This document shows, one piece after another, positions 10,803-22,232 of a stretch of DNA of 51,307 nucleotides. A program made the position numbers and the translations under genes. The stretch lies in assembly GCA_964525635.1 (NCBI GenBank), contig CAZGJX010000012.1:1-51307 (forward strand). Reading direction: 5' to 3'. This DNA is from an uncultured archaeon. GTDB taxonomy: Archaea; Asgardarchaeota; Lokiarchaeia; Sigyniarchaeales; SOKP01. The notes beneath the pieces are model-generated. The model searched no databases and was not told the DNA's origin. It saw only the letters and a program-made list of their open reading frames with translations. The stretch's first letter is position 1. Every line of letters starts with the position of its first letter.

Positions 10803-12920
10803 ATGACAAATCTTATAGTAATAGATATCACGGATAAAGAAAATATACTTCTGGATGGACCTCAAAATATTAAAGAAATTAAAGGTTCTGGAAAAGTAGT
10901 GGTAAAAAATCCTTCTGGTTCAAGTCGTCTATGGAATCTAGAAATGGATTTAAAGGAAATTGTGAACACAGGGATAGATAAAGATATTACGGTCGGAATG
11001 CTAAATCCAGGTCAAGTATTTGAAAAAGAATATAATATACAAAATCTTAGTGATTCTATTCTTAAACTAGAAGAAATTTTTGATTCTGATAGGGCTATAC
11101 CCAATATAGTTAATAATGTTTTGTTATATAATCGATCAAATTCATGTAAATTAACAATTAACCTAGTTAACACTTTAGATCTTTCAATTTCTGATGTTAG
11201 TTATTCTAGAGAACTCCCACTTTTTCTAAAAAATATACAAATTAATGCTCCCAACTTAGGAAAAGCAGAGATAGGAGATGAAGATGGTAAAAAAATGTTA
11301 CATTGGAATATAGATTCTATAGAAGAAAAACAAACAGCTACACTTGAAGTGATATGTGATGCTCTTATTAATGAGAGTGAAAAACAAGCACTTGGAACAA
11401 CTAAAGTAACTTATTTAGCAAATAGTCATAAATTAACTTTAATCGATCCTAAGATTAGAGGCTTGACTGATTCTCTAAGTGGAGTCACTACAGACGAGGG
11501 CTCCAGCCCAGGAACGTGGGAGTGTAATGTAGAATTCATAAATGAATCTGAATTTCAAGTTAAACTAGAAAAAGTAAATGTATCTCATAAAATAACTACT
11601 GGTGATGAAATTATTGTATCAGAATCACCAGAGAGAACATTAAATCCAGATGAAGCATGGAGTCATGATTTTCAATTAGAGTCAGAAAATGTCCCACAAT
11701 TAGATTCAGGTGTGGTTTTTACTACTTTATACAAAGTAATCACACGAGTAATTGGGGAAATAACCAAAGAATCGACAATATATCCTGTATTAAGTGCTGA
11801 AATTGAAAAGGCGATTCTTCCACCAGAAGTTGATGCGTATGCAAATACAAATATGACAATAGAAAATACAATTATTAATAAGGGTACAGCAGATATAGAC
11901 ACATTAACGATAAATGATGACATTCCTGAAGATTTTATACCCCCAACTATTAAAGATGTTAAATTACTTTTAAATAGTACTGAGGGTCCTATTGAGATTC
12001 ATAGTAGAGAAGAATTTGTTAAAAAATTTATAATTTCACCCGATGATGTAAGTCCAGATTCAAAACATAATATTAGTGTTGAATTACATAATCTTTCAAA
12101 AGATTATAAACCTACTGCTGAATTAAAAATGAGTTATCCTCTTTTAGCAAAGAATCCAAAACCAGAAACTCAATATAAAACTCCTGTTGAAATAAGAGTT
12201 AACTGTATTGTAATTGGTGAAGATTTTGTCAAATCTCCTGAAGTAGAACCAGAAATAAAGATAAAATATGTTAAAAGAAAATTAAAAACATTAAAAAGTA
12301 TTAAACCTGGAATAAATGAAGGAGAATTTGATATCACTGTTAGAATTCAAAATAAAGGTGATGTTGAATTGGAAAATCTGGAAGTAATAGACCAAATTCC
12401 AGAAGGATTCCAATTAGTTGATTTTAATCCCAAAGAACTTAAATATGAAGTTGTTGAGGAAGGTACTCAAAAATTATTAAATATACAAATAATTGAATTA
12501 TCTGGACAAGAAACTATTAGCGTTCAATATACTTGTGCTGGAACAGGTGATTATCCTAGAACAGAACCAAAAGTCCAAGTTAAGGGAAGGGGAGGATCGT
12601 CCAATAAAGAATATAGTACAGTTGAATCTGGTCCTACTCCACTTGATACTTCTGTTTCAGAATTAGGATTACAAAAGAAGGGACAATTATATGATATCTT
12701 CCTAAGGATAACTAAAAAAATAGATGAAGGTACGAATTGTAATGATCTTGGGGATTTATTAGAGGAAATGAGAGATGACATTCCCCCAGGACCTGTCCTA
12801 CATCAATTAATGCAATTCTCAAGAGATTTAAAAACTAAGGGAGATAAAATGATTGTGGGGAATCTCAGGGATGAAATAATTTCAAAAGTTAAAGATTATC
12901 AACAAAAATATGATGCATAA
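10803..12920 (+). CDS. Large cytosolic multi-beta-sandwich protein (MHD-like N-half, two DUF11-like Ig domains, helical C-terminus)
   Basis: 705 aa with no signal peptide or TM; repeated IxNKG...LxIxDxIPEDF/GF Ig motifs. Confidence 0.7.
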   Translation: MTNLIVIDITDKENILLDGPQNIKEIKGSGKVVVKNPSGSSRLWNLEMDLKEIVNTGIDKDITVGMLNPGQVFEKEYNIQNLSDSILKLEEIFDSDRAIPNIVNNVLLYNRSNSCKLTINLVNTLDLSISDVSYSRELPLFLKNIQINAPNLGKAEIGDEDGKKMLHWNIDSIEEKQTATLEVICDALINESEKQALGTTKVTYLANSHKLTLIDPKIRGLTDSLSGVTTDEGSSPGTWECNVEFINESEFQVKLEKVNVSHKITTGDEIIVSESPERTLNPDEAWSHDFQLESENVPQLDSGVVFTTLYKVITRVIGEITKESTIYPVLSAEIEKAILPPEVDAYANTNMTIENTIINKGTADIDTLTINDDIPEDFIPPTIKDVKLLLNSTEGPIEIHSREEFVKKFIISPDDVSPDSKHNISVELHNLSKDYKPTAELKMSYPLLAKNPKPETQYKTPVEIRVNCIVIGEDFVKSPEVEPEIKIKYVKRKLKTLKSIKPGINEGEFDITVRIQNKGDVELENLEVIDQIPEGFQLVDFNPKELKYEVVEEGTQKLLNIQIIELSGQETISVQYTCAGTGDYPRTEPKVQVKGRGGSSNKEYSTVESGPTPLDTSVSELGLQKKGQLYDIFLRITKKIDEGTNCNDLGDLLEEMRDDIPPGPVLHQLMQFSRDLKTKGDKMIVGNLRDEIISKVKDYQQKYDA

Positions 12921-13049
12921 ATAAAATTTTTTTTAACCTAATTTTCTATTTCTTTTTTTATGACATTTTAAACATCTTTTTAAAAACAATTATATAATTG
13001 CTTAACACATTTTTAATCATTTAATAAGTAATATGATTTTAAATTAAGA

Positions 13050-14144
13050 TTGCAAAAATTGGATAAAGATATTAGTACTCACAGACTTAATTTTTTTCTT
13101 AAGGTAATTCTTGTTTTATTTGTCATTTTCATAATTTTTGATATTCCTATTCTAATTAATTGGGAAATGAGGAATTTGTATGGAATTGATATAGGAGATT
13201 TATACACAGAAACAGGATTAATTTATCGAGTTATTGGATATATTTGTTTTTTTATAGTCATAGGTCTTATAATATTAGGTTTTTTGCTAAAAAAAGGGAA
13301 ACTTTCAAAATTAGGTACTTATCTGTTTTTTCTTCCAACAATCGCTAGTTATATGGCTTACATGGCAGTTATATTTTTTGGTTTAAGCATAATTCAGATT
13401 ATATGGCTTCCTTTAATGGATTTATTTCTTGATATGAAAGTGGGATTTCCAGAATACCCTGACATTGCTGTAAACTTAGATTTAGGCTCTGTAATTCTTC
13501 TTCCTGCTTATCTTCTTATTTATATAACCTCTTTTGGGCCAAATACTGAATTTACCCAGATGATAATATGGAACGGAATCATATGGATAGGTCTTTTTAT
13601 ATTTTGTTATGGTGTTATTGTATGGTTTCAAGCACATTATAAAAAACAAGTATTTCTTAATTTTTCTATTTATGAATATACACAACATCCACAATATCTA
13701 GGATTCTTAATTTTTAGTTATGGTTTATTTATCCGTGGTTATTTTGAATTTAATGTTATGGGAGGATTTTATTTTGATGATTTCTATTGATATTTCATAC
13801 CATTATCCTTTATTTGGTTTTTATCAGCATTATTTATCATAACAGTTGCTCTCTTAGAGAGCTTGAAGATGAAAAATCTCTATGGAAAGGAATTTGAGGA
13901 GTATCAAGAAAAGACTCCATTTATGATTCCTCTTCTTAAAAAAACTAACATCTTATCAAGAGTACCACTAAGAATTTTCTTAAAAAAAAAACCCATAGAT
14001 AAAAGAAAAGATATATTTATTATCATTATATTCTATGCTGTAATTCTTATGTTTATTTCTTTCCTTTTTAGTCTATATTTTGGACGTGGGAAAATTTTGT
14101 TATATCTTGAAGAGAGAATTTTTGGTTTTTCCCTTTTTTTTTAA
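13050..14144 (+). pseudogene. Isoprenylcysteine/phospholipid methyltransferase (ICMT/PEMT) family membrane protein with an in-frame TGA
   Basis: IYEYTQHPQYLG and YGKEFEEYQEKTPFMIP motifs. ORFs 13050 and 13863 share a frame, with a single TGA at 13788-13790 (FY*YF). Confidence 0.8.
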
Positions 14145-14225
14145 ATTTATTATTATATTATCAAACAAATCACAGTTTAATAAAAATACGATAATACATA
14201 AATAATTATAAAATAAAATAAAAAA

Positions 14226-15464
14226 CTATTCAATCTTATCTGTATGTTTATGAATAATTAATCCCGATAGTGGTTTTGGATAAAAATAAGTTGATTTTTG
14301 AGGCATAATCTCTCCTATATGAGTAATTTTATGAACTTCTTCTAATGTCGTGGGATTTACAATGAAAAGTGCTTTTATATTCTTTTTATCAACATTTAAT
14401 ATCCCTTTATTAACATCTTTGATAAAGCTGATATTATCTTTAGAAAGGTCTAAACATTTATTGAGTAGAATTTGATGAAGGATTGGAATATCTAAATTTT
14501 TCCATTCTTTTGATTGATTGCCTTCTATGATTGTTTCTGGTGGGAAATTTTCATTATACTTTAAAAAATAATATTTATTTTGAAAATAAAGACCAAAAAC
14601 ATGTTTTTTATTATCCATTAAATCTTTTATCTCTTCATATGTATCTTTTATCGAGATATTAAAATAAGGTTCTAATTTTTCAGTTAATTCTTCTGCATTA
14701 TTCACTGAAATTGTATGGACTTGTCGATGACTAGTATAAATAATCAAACCGGGGTCATTAAAATCAATAAATAGTGCCATAATATATTTACATCCTCCAT
14801 GTTTACTATGTCGAAGGCAGGTAACATATCGATGATGCCCATCTGCAATTATTATAGAATTATTTTTAACGATTTCCTGAATTTTTTTTATATCTTCTTC
14901 ATTTGAAACTTCCCATACCTTATGTATAAACCCATCTCTATCCCCAGTTTTAATATAAGGATCCTTTATAATATATTTTTGAATGATTTTATCAGCTGAG
15001 CCATTACCATTATATATTGTAAAAATGGGAGAAAAATTACCATCTGTTTTTTGAATTAAATTTAATCTATCTGTTGTATATTTCCTAAAAGTAGCTTCAT
15101 GAGGAATAACTCCATCATTAGCTGGGAATATTTCTACAAGTCTAAGTAATCCTACAAATCCATACCTGCTTATTTTTTCTCCTGTATCTGGTTTAGTATA
15201 ATCTATACCATATATACATAAGCATCTATTTTCTCCACATACCAATATCTCCTTTGTAATCATATCATTCAATTGTCTACCTGCTTCCTCATAAGAATCT
15301 GGTAGAATAATATTACAAATATTATTTGGATCTCTATTCTTTAATTCAAGCTTTTCTTCCTTGGATATTACATCATAGGGTGGAGCTACCAATTTTTCCA
15401 ATCTTTCAGGATCATTTTTTCCTTCTCTATAATGGAAATTTCGAAAAGGTATTAGTTCTGGCAT
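14226..15464 (-). CDS. DUF1015 family protein
   Basis: PPYDVI, IPHE.T, IADGHHRY and MPQKSTYFYPKP motifs. Confidence 0.92.
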   Translation of the reverse strand: MPELIPFRNFHYREGKNDPERLEKLVAPPYDVISKEEKLELKNRDPNNICNIILPDSYEEAGRQLNDMITKEILVCGENRCLCIYGIDYTKPDTGEKISRYGFVGLLRLVEIFPANDGVIPHEATFRKYTTDRLNLIQKTDGNFSPIFTIYNGNGSADKIIQKYIIKDPYIKTGDRDGFIHKVWEVSNEEDIKKIQEIVKNNSIIIADGHHRYVTCLRHSKHGGCKYIMALFIDFNDPGLIIYTSHRQVHTISVNNAEELTEKLEPYFNISIKDTYEEIKDLMDNKKHVFGLYFQNKYYFLKYNENFPPETIIEGNQSKEWKNLDIPILHQILLNKCLDLSKDNISFIKDVNKGILNVDKKNIKALFIVNPTTLEEVHKITHIGEIMPQKSTYFYPKPLSGLIIHKHTDKIE

Positions 15465-15618
15465 TTATTTTACATCATATATGAATTAAAATAACAATAA
15501 TCTGTAAAATGGTAAAAAAATTATAAAATTTTTGTTTCCTTTTATTAAAAAATTAATAATCCTGAAAATTTGGATTAAAATTCTAAGTTATAAATTATAT
15601 TTTAATATAATATATTTG

Positions 15619-16812
15619 TTATAGATTTTGTAATCTTTTAATTTCTAAAATTATAAGGTTTTCTAAATTATCTAATTCCTCTATTTGTTTATTAATCACA
15701 TCAACTTTTCTATCAATTATTTCTGAATCGATCTTCGAGTTTTTCTCTATGTGTCTTCTAGCTATATTTAGATCATTTATTTGATCTAATATATTTTGAA
15801 TCTTTTTTGTCTTGATTCCTAATTCTTTTTTAAAACCTTCAAGATTTTTAAGCTCTATTTCCATATTTTTAATGCACTTAAAGAGTAGATCTATATTTTC
15901 CTCAATTTTTACTTCATTTATTATCAATTTAAATTTATTAAGTGATTTAATAGCATTATCTCGTTGTTTTAAATCAAATAATCCATAATCTTCATCAATA
16001 TTAATTTCATCAAAAATATTAGTTTCATATTTTATATTTATTTTATCCAAGGCATTGTCTACTTTTTTTGGATTGATTTCTATATCTACTTCTTTATATT
16101 CCTCTAAATTTGTGATCAACTCTATTTCATCCAATTCCACCTGTGTCATTAATTGAGTGAACCTAACTTGGAGTTGCTTTTTTCCAAAAAAATTACTATT
16201 TAAACGTAAGATCTGTGTATAAGTTTGGATTATTTCTTCTCCTATTGGTGCATATAGTACACCTTCATGGGGATCTAACTGTCTTAAAAGAGGAAATATA
16301 CTACTTTGCTTAATAGCTCCCGTAACTAATATTTTCTGCCATGGGCTTAATTTCGGCATACCTTCTAATGGATTTTTAACAATAACCGTTATATTATCAT
16401 TTAAATTAAGTTTTATTAAATTTTCTTCCGTAAGTTTAGCAATTTCAGAATTAGCTTCTAAAATAATAATTTCTCCGTTTAGTGCTAATTTATGAGCTAA
16501 AGCTGCAATATAACCTGATTTAGCTCCTAATATTAGTAAATCATCATTATTTTCTAACGAAAGACCTTGCAACATAATTGTAATCATATGAGGTGCTGAA
16601 ATGGTTCGATAATTATTTGGATTTTGATAATAAAAAAGATTTGGTATATCTTCATATATTTTAAATGAATCTCTATACATTTCTGGGATAAATTCTTCAA
16701 GAGGTACTTCCATGAAGGCTTTATATAATCTTTTATCCTTCAATAAATTGTTAGATGTAAGTACTTCCAACAAATTTTTCTTTTTTTGAGAATAATTTTG
16801 ATTATTTTTCAT
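15619..16812 (-). CDS. pcm: Protein-L-isoaspartate O-methyltransferase family with C-terminal helical extension
   Basis: AFMEVPLEEF, TISAPHM, LILGAKSGYIAA, PWQKILVTGA, LLRQL. Confidence 0.75.
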   Translation of the reverse strand: MKNNQNYSQKKKNLLEVLTSNNLLKDKRLYKAFMEVPLEEFIPEMYRDSFKIYEDIPNLFYYQNPNNYRTISAPHMITIMLQGLSLENNDDLLILGAKSGYIAALAHKLALNGEIIILEANSEIAKLTEENLIKLNLNDNITVIVKNPLEGMPKLSPWQKILVTGAIKQSSIFPLLRQLDPHEGVLYAPIGEEIIQTYTQILRLNSNFFGKKQLQVRFTQLMTQVELDEIELITNLEEYKEVDIEINPKKVDNALDKINIKYETNIFDEINIDEDYGLFDLKQRDNAIKSLNKFKLIINEVKIEENIDLLFKCIKNMEIELKNLEGFKKELGIKTKKIQNILDQINDLNIARRHIEKNSKIDSEIIDRKVDVINKQIEELDNLENLIILEIKRLQNL

Positions 16813-17045
16813 AATGATTATAATTCCTCTATTTACAAGATAATGATAAAAATACTTATTAAAATTTTTTTGTTTAAATAATAATCAATGATGATTTTAT
16901 ATTTATTTAAATAACAACAGATTGTATGTTTCTTTTTTCTTTTTTAAAAAGTATAGGAATAAAATTTAAATCGCATAAAGGGAATTTTAAATTAACTTTA
17001 TATCTTTTATTTAAAAATAAAATAATATAAAATGCTTATAATACT

Positions 17046-17630
17046 ATGTTTTTGATAGATATTGAAGATTTTAAGAGAGCAAGACTCACAATTGGATTAC
17101 TTCTTTTCAATGTTGTTTGTTATATCGCATTTGCTAATGAAACAGGAGAAAAATATATATTGTACTTTATTTTAAATAATAGAAGAGTTTTATATAATTT
17201 TGAGTATTGGCGCTTATTTGCAGCAATATTTTTCCATGCAAATCCTATGCATTTATTTTCAAATATGTTTGCTTTATTAATCTTTGGAACTACAATTGAA
17301 ACAAATAAAGGTTTTTCAAAAGTAAAATATATTGTATTGTACATATTTTCAGGAGTATTAGGCAATCTCTTTACATTAATTCTACTTCCAGTAGATAGTT
17401 ATAGCTTAGGTGCGTCTGGGGCGATATTTGGATTAATAGGTGCTTGTGTGATCATGCTAATTGCTGAGGATCCATCCTTATTGATATTTGCCTTAATTTA
17501 CGTAGCATATTTCTTACTCTCTTCCCTTCAACCTGGTGTAAATTATTGGGCACATATATTTGGATTATTAGGAGGAATATCACTTGCGTATCTCTTTAAA
17601 TTAAATAATGTAAGAATTATAAAACATTGA
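17046..17630 (+). CDS. Rhomboid intramembrane serine protease
   Basis: YWRL, HLFSNM, GASGAIFG and AHIFG motifs. Confidence 0.95.
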   Translation: MFLIDIEDFKRARLTIGLLLFNVVCYIAFANETGEKYILYFILNNRRVLYNFEYWRLFAAIFFHANPMHLFSNMFALLIFGTTIETNKGFSKVKYIVLYIFSGVLGNLFTLILLPVDSYSLGASGAIFGLIGACVIMLIAEDPSLLIFALIYVAYFLLSSLQPGVNYWAHIFGLLGGISLAYLFKLNNVRIIKH

Positions 17631-17642
17631 TAAGAGTCTTAT

Positions 17643-18296
17643 CTATTTCTTTTTTCTGGAATTTTCCATAGAAAAATCTTTTTTACAAATATCTTCAATT
17701 GGACATATATCATGCTTAGGTCTATTAGGTAAACAAATTTGTTGTCCAAACTTTACTAAAACACTATTAATTCTTATCCAAATTTTTTTTGGTATAATCT
17801 TTTTTAATTCTTCTTCAGTTTCTTCGGGATATTTAGTTTTTACTAATCCTATTCTATTACTGATTCTATGAACATGAGTATCACATGCAATAGCAGGAGT
17901 TTTAAAAGCATAAGCTAAAACACAATTGGCAGTCTTTCTTCCAACGCCAGGAAGCTTCATTAATTTATCAAATTCAGAAGGAACAATCCCATCATATTCG
18001 TCTTGAATAATTTTAGAGACTTCCTTAATTCTTGCAGCTTTAACTTTGTAAAATCCTGTCTCATAAACAAGGTTTTCTAATTCATCAATACCTACATTTG
18101 CGATCTGATTTGGTTTATTATATTTATTGAATAAACGTTTTGTAACTTTTCTGGTATTTTCATCTCGAGTTCTTGCGGATAAAATTGTAGAGATCAATAT
18201 TTTAAAAGGATTATATTCAATCTTGGATAATTCATCTAATGGAGTGTTTCCCTCCAAAGATTCTTCAATTTTATCTATTAAAGCTTCATAGTCCAT
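17643..18296 (-). CDS. nth: Endonuclease III
   Basis: ILSARTRD, HhH motif LPGVGRKTAN, DTHVHR, C-terminal Fe-S motif. Confidence 0.95.
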   Translation of the reverse strand: MDYEALIDKIEESLEGNTPLDELSKIEYNPFKILISTILSARTRDENTRKVTKRLFNKYNKPNQIANVGIDELENLVYETGFYKVKAARIKEVSKIIQDEYDGIVPSEFDKLMKLPGVGRKTANCVLAYAFKTPAIACDTHVHRISNRIGLVKTKYPEETEEELKKIIPKKIWIRINSVLVKFGQQICLPNRPKHDICPIEDICKKDFSMENSRKKK

Positions 18297-18309
18297 AATT
18301 TCTCAAGGT

Positions 18310-19713
18310 TTATTTTTTTTCAAACACATAGATTTTTCTTTTCACAATCTGGTTCCTTTTAGTATCCATTATCGAAAAAACCTTATTTTTTTTGATTTGA
18401 AGAATTTGGTTTGATTTATTTATTATTCTTTTAGATGAAAGCAATGGTATAGGTTTAAAATTATTCTTTATTGCTATTTCTTCAATATTAAGACGCATAT
18501 CCTGTGAATCATCAAGGATATTGATACTTGGAGCTATAATACTTATCCTAGAATTAGTTTTTAATACCTTATAAGATTCTTTGAAAATAGTTTCATATAA
18601 TGGTTGAAGTGTTGTTTCAATTAATTCAATCCCTTCTGTATAATAAGGTTTTTCTCTATAAAAAGGACCTAATTCTGGTTCTGTAACAATCCCATCAAAA
18701 TAATTTTCTTTAAATTCAGTTGAAAGATTTTTTATATCCACTGTTTTAAAACGTTGGTGAAGATTTTTAATTGGAGATAAATTTAATTCATTTTGAAGCC
18801 ACTGGATATTTTTTATAGTATTATTTATTTTTTTTTTATCTATATCAGATCCATAGATTTGAAAATCTTCCATAATACTAAATAATGCTATTGTTCCATT
18901 TCCAACAAATGGATCAAGAATTCTTTTATTATTTCTATTCTCAAAAAGATTAAGAAAATTTAACATTATAATTGCTAATTTTGGTGAAATTGCACTTTTA
19001 AATTCTTTGTTTGGTCTTTCTTCATCAATTTTCTTTTTAAAATTTGGATTATCTGTTGTATAAGTTCTTGCTATATACACACCTTCTTCAGTGATTCCTA
19101 AAATAATTTCTCCTCTATTAGTTTTAAGCAACTGATATTTAATTACATGATGAGGAAATATAGGATTTAAATTTCCTGAATCAATCATTTTTTGAGGATA
19201 TTTAAAATAAAGTGCTTTGCCTGCACCCTTTTCCTTTAAAATTGTGACAATTTTTTTATTGAGAAAAGGAAGGAAATGTTTAATGATAACATCTTTATAA
19301 TATAAATCATCATATAAATTTGGATAAATAGATACTGCAAAGAAGATATTTTTCTTCTTAATTTCATGAAAGATATGATCTAAACCAGTTTTTAGAATTA
19401 AATTGATTTTTTGTCTTTCTTTTTTAATTTCATTATATTTAATTGTTTCTAATGGAAATGCTTTATATAACGTCTGAATATTGATAAAATCAACAATTTT
19501 AGCGATTTTTTGTATTCCTCCTAAATTATATTGGAGTATTTCAAGTTTATCAACATAATAATCCTCTTTATGTAATTCCTGAAACTCAACAATGGCAACG
19601 TTAGAGGAATAATCTATGATTTTTCCTTTAAAATGTTCATTTTTTAAACATGCATCCAATTCAGCTAGAGAGAGTTTCCAATTACTCCCTAGTACAAATA
19701 AAAATTGCTCCAT
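18310..19713 (-). CDS. tRNA guanine-N2 methyltransferase (Trm11/UPF0020-like)
   Basis: ISPKLAIIMLN, ILDPFVGNGTI, YGSDI, IVTEPELG. Confidence 0.8.
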   Translation of the reverse strand: MEQFLFVLGSNWKLSLAELDACLKNEHFKGKIIDYSSNVAIVEFQELHKEDYYVDKLEILQYNLGGIQKIAKIVDFINIQTLYKAFPLETIKYNEIKKERQKINLILKTGLDHIFHEIKKKNIFFAVSIYPNLYDDLYYKDVIIKHFLPFLNKKIVTILKEKGAGKALYFKYPQKMIDSGNLNPIFPHHVIKYQLLKTNRGEIILGITEEGVYIARTYTTDNPNFKKKIDEERPNKEFKSAISPKLAIIMLNFLNLFENRNNKRILDPFVGNGTIALFSIMEDFQIYGSDIDKKKINNTIKNIQWLQNELNLSPIKNLHQRFKTVDIKNLSTEFKENYFDGIVTEPELGPFYREKPYYTEGIELIETTLQPLYETIFKESYKVLKTNSRISIIAPSINILDDSQDMRLNIEEIAIKNNFKPIPLLSSKRIINKSNQILQIKKNKVFSIMDTKRNQIVKRKIYVFEKK

Positions 19714-19870
19714 TTCATAACCATTTTTTACTTTAAAAATAAGAATGAATTATTCAATATCAATTTTTGGAATGAGTTGAGTTTAATTTAATTTGTATTT
19801 ATATAAACATTCAATATTATTCAAAATAAAAGATATTAAAACTCTTTCTTTATTGGAAATTATAACTTTC

Positions 19871-20542
19871 TTATAAATTAAATTCATATTTCAGTTTTTC
19901 GTACATATCTGAATTTAAGAAATAATTTAAATTACGTGAATTTTGTTTCTTTATTAATAAGGAATATTTTTCTAATTTATCAATATATTTTTTAAGAGTA
20001 TTATAATGCATATTCAGGTTATCTGCTAATTTTGTTTTAGAGCAACCTTTATTATTACTTTTAAGAAAATTAATAATATCAATACTCCTTCTTAAATAAT
20101 GACTTTGTTCTGCTTTTGAATATCTTATATCTGAGCAATAATATATTACATGGTTTTCCAGTATTTTTTTTTTAATAATTTTATATTTTTCTGACATTTT
20201 TAGATGCCATATAAGAACTTGAGTGCATATATCTAAACTTCTTTTCATATCATTAAAAAAAGTTCCTGGATTATCCCTTATATATTCATAAATAATTTTT
20301 CTTTTATCATTATTTAACAAATTATCTCTACTTATTATTGAACCCTCTATTATGCAATTCTTTTTTATTAAAGTCTTTAAAATAATCTCAATTCCATTTT
20401 GGTTAATATTAATATCCATTAATTTAAATCTCGCGTGAATTAAAGATAGTATCTTTTTCATTTTAAATGGTTTATTTTTGTCTAAATGACTCTGAATGAT
20501 CTCCAACACTAATTTTCTTTGTTCAACTAAATCTACTGTCAT
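19871..20542 (-). CDS. Multi winged-helix transcriptional regulator
   Basis: RKIIYEYIRDNPG...LIWHL; LADNLNMHYNTLKKYIDKLE. Confidence 0.85.
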   Translation of the reverse strand: MTVDLVEQRKLVLEIIQSHLDKNKPFKMKKILSLIHARFKLMDININQNGIEIILKTLIKKNCIIEGSIISRDNLLNNDKRKIIYEYIRDNPGTFFNDMKRSLDICTQVLIWHLKMSEKYKIIKKKILENHVIYYCSDIRYSKAEQSHYLRRSIDIINFLKSNNKGCSKTKLADNLNMHYNTLKKYIDKLEKYSLLIKKQNSRNLNYFLNSDMYEKLKYEFNL

Positions 20543-20576
20543 TCAGATCAAATCTCTATTATAATTTTAATTATAT

Positions 20577-22232
20577 TCAAGTTCTCATTTTATCTAATAA
20601 TTCTTTAATGAACTTTTTTCTTTCTCTTGTTTTTAGAGTTGCTAATTCTCTTAAAAACTCGATATTTTCATTATAGTCCCACTGATAATGTTCAATTATT
20701 TCAATAAATTGCTCATCAAAAGCAGTCCAATATAATCCTTTTTGATTTAAAAGATGTTCTATTAAATTTTCTTTTTGACTTAACTCTAGTAGTGTATTAT
20801 GATTCCTATCATCTCCCATAATTATATCAGGAATGTGTTTTCTCGGAATTTTCTTTATTTTTCTCAATAAACCTTTGTTATTTAGAAAAATAGCACCAAA
20901 AAATATAGAGATTCCTGAAGCACTTAAAACTGTTATGGAAACAAATAGAATTAAAAAATCATCATTTATATGATATATATTTTGTTCTATAGATATATAC
21001 ATTATTTCAAAATCAACACCCCAAATACCTTCTGTATTATCATCCCAAATAATATGTATTTTGTTAGAATTATCTATAGCGATTGCAGGATTAGAACTAG
21101 TGCCTGTATTCCATTCCGTATTATCATCAAATATAATAATAACATTAGACCATCCAGTTATTTCTGTATATGAAACATACATGATTTCATCATCTATACC
21201 CCATATACCATCTGTATTATCTTGCCAAACTACATGTATTTTACTAGACTTATCCACTGCAATATCTGCATAGACACTATTATCATTATTCCAAAAAAAA
21301 CCATTATATCCATCAGAAATAACAGTGGCATTAGACCATCCTAATCCATCTATATAAGATGCATACATTATTTCTGGATCGAAAATACCTTCACCCCAAA
21401 CACCTGGAGTAAAATCATTCCATACTACATGGATTGTTTCATTATCTTCAACAGCAATACTAGGATAAGTACTACCTTCATTATTCCATTTTGTACCGTC
21501 ATTAGATATTATAGTAGCATTAGACCATCCAGTAATCTCTGTATATGACACATACATGATTTCAGAATCTGTACCCCATACACCATTAGTAGTATTGGAT
21601 CATACTATATATACTGTTCCATTATCACTAACTGCAATTTTAGGATTATTACTTCCTCCTGTATTCCAGTTTATATCATCATCAGATATAATAGTAACAT
21701 TAGACCATCCAGTAATCTCTGTATATGACACATACATGATTTCATCATCTATAGCCCATATCCCATCTGTATCATCTTGCCAAACTACATGTATCTTACC
21801 ATGTAAATCAACAGCAATAGAAGGACGTATACTCGAGCCATTATTCCAATAATAATTATCATAACCATCTGAGATTACAGTAGCATTAGACCCACCATAT
21901 CCTTCTCTATAACAGGTATACATTATCTCTGGATCTAAAACACCTCCGCCCCAAACACCTGGAGTATAATCATGCTATACAACATGGATAGTTCCATTAT
22001 TATCAATGGTAATATCAGACATTGTACTAGTCCCATTATTCCATATATTTTTATTGAATCCATCTGAGATAATTGTCGCATTTAATTTTTTTATATTGCT
22101 AGATTTAAGATTATTTATATCTGCTTTAGATTCAGAATTTATGGTATTTATAAAAGAACATAGAAACATTGGAATTAAAATTATTAAGATAAGAATTATC
22201 TTTTTGAAATTTACTTTTTTATATATTAGCAT
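20577..22232 (-). pseudogene. Membrane-anchored beta-propeller repeat protein with two in-frame stops
   Basis: ORFs starting at 22232, 21923 and 21557 are one frame. TAG 21975-21977 and TGA 21600-21602 both replace the W of the repeat motif IHVVWxDxT. N-terminal signal, ~60-aa repeats, C-terminal TM and cytosolic tail. Confidence 0.85.

Noticed and set aside
13788-13790. In-frame TGA as selenocysteine
   Set aside because: The context is aromatic and membrane-associated (FY*YF), not a redox Cys site. The family is not a known selenoprotein and I see no convincing SECIS downstream.
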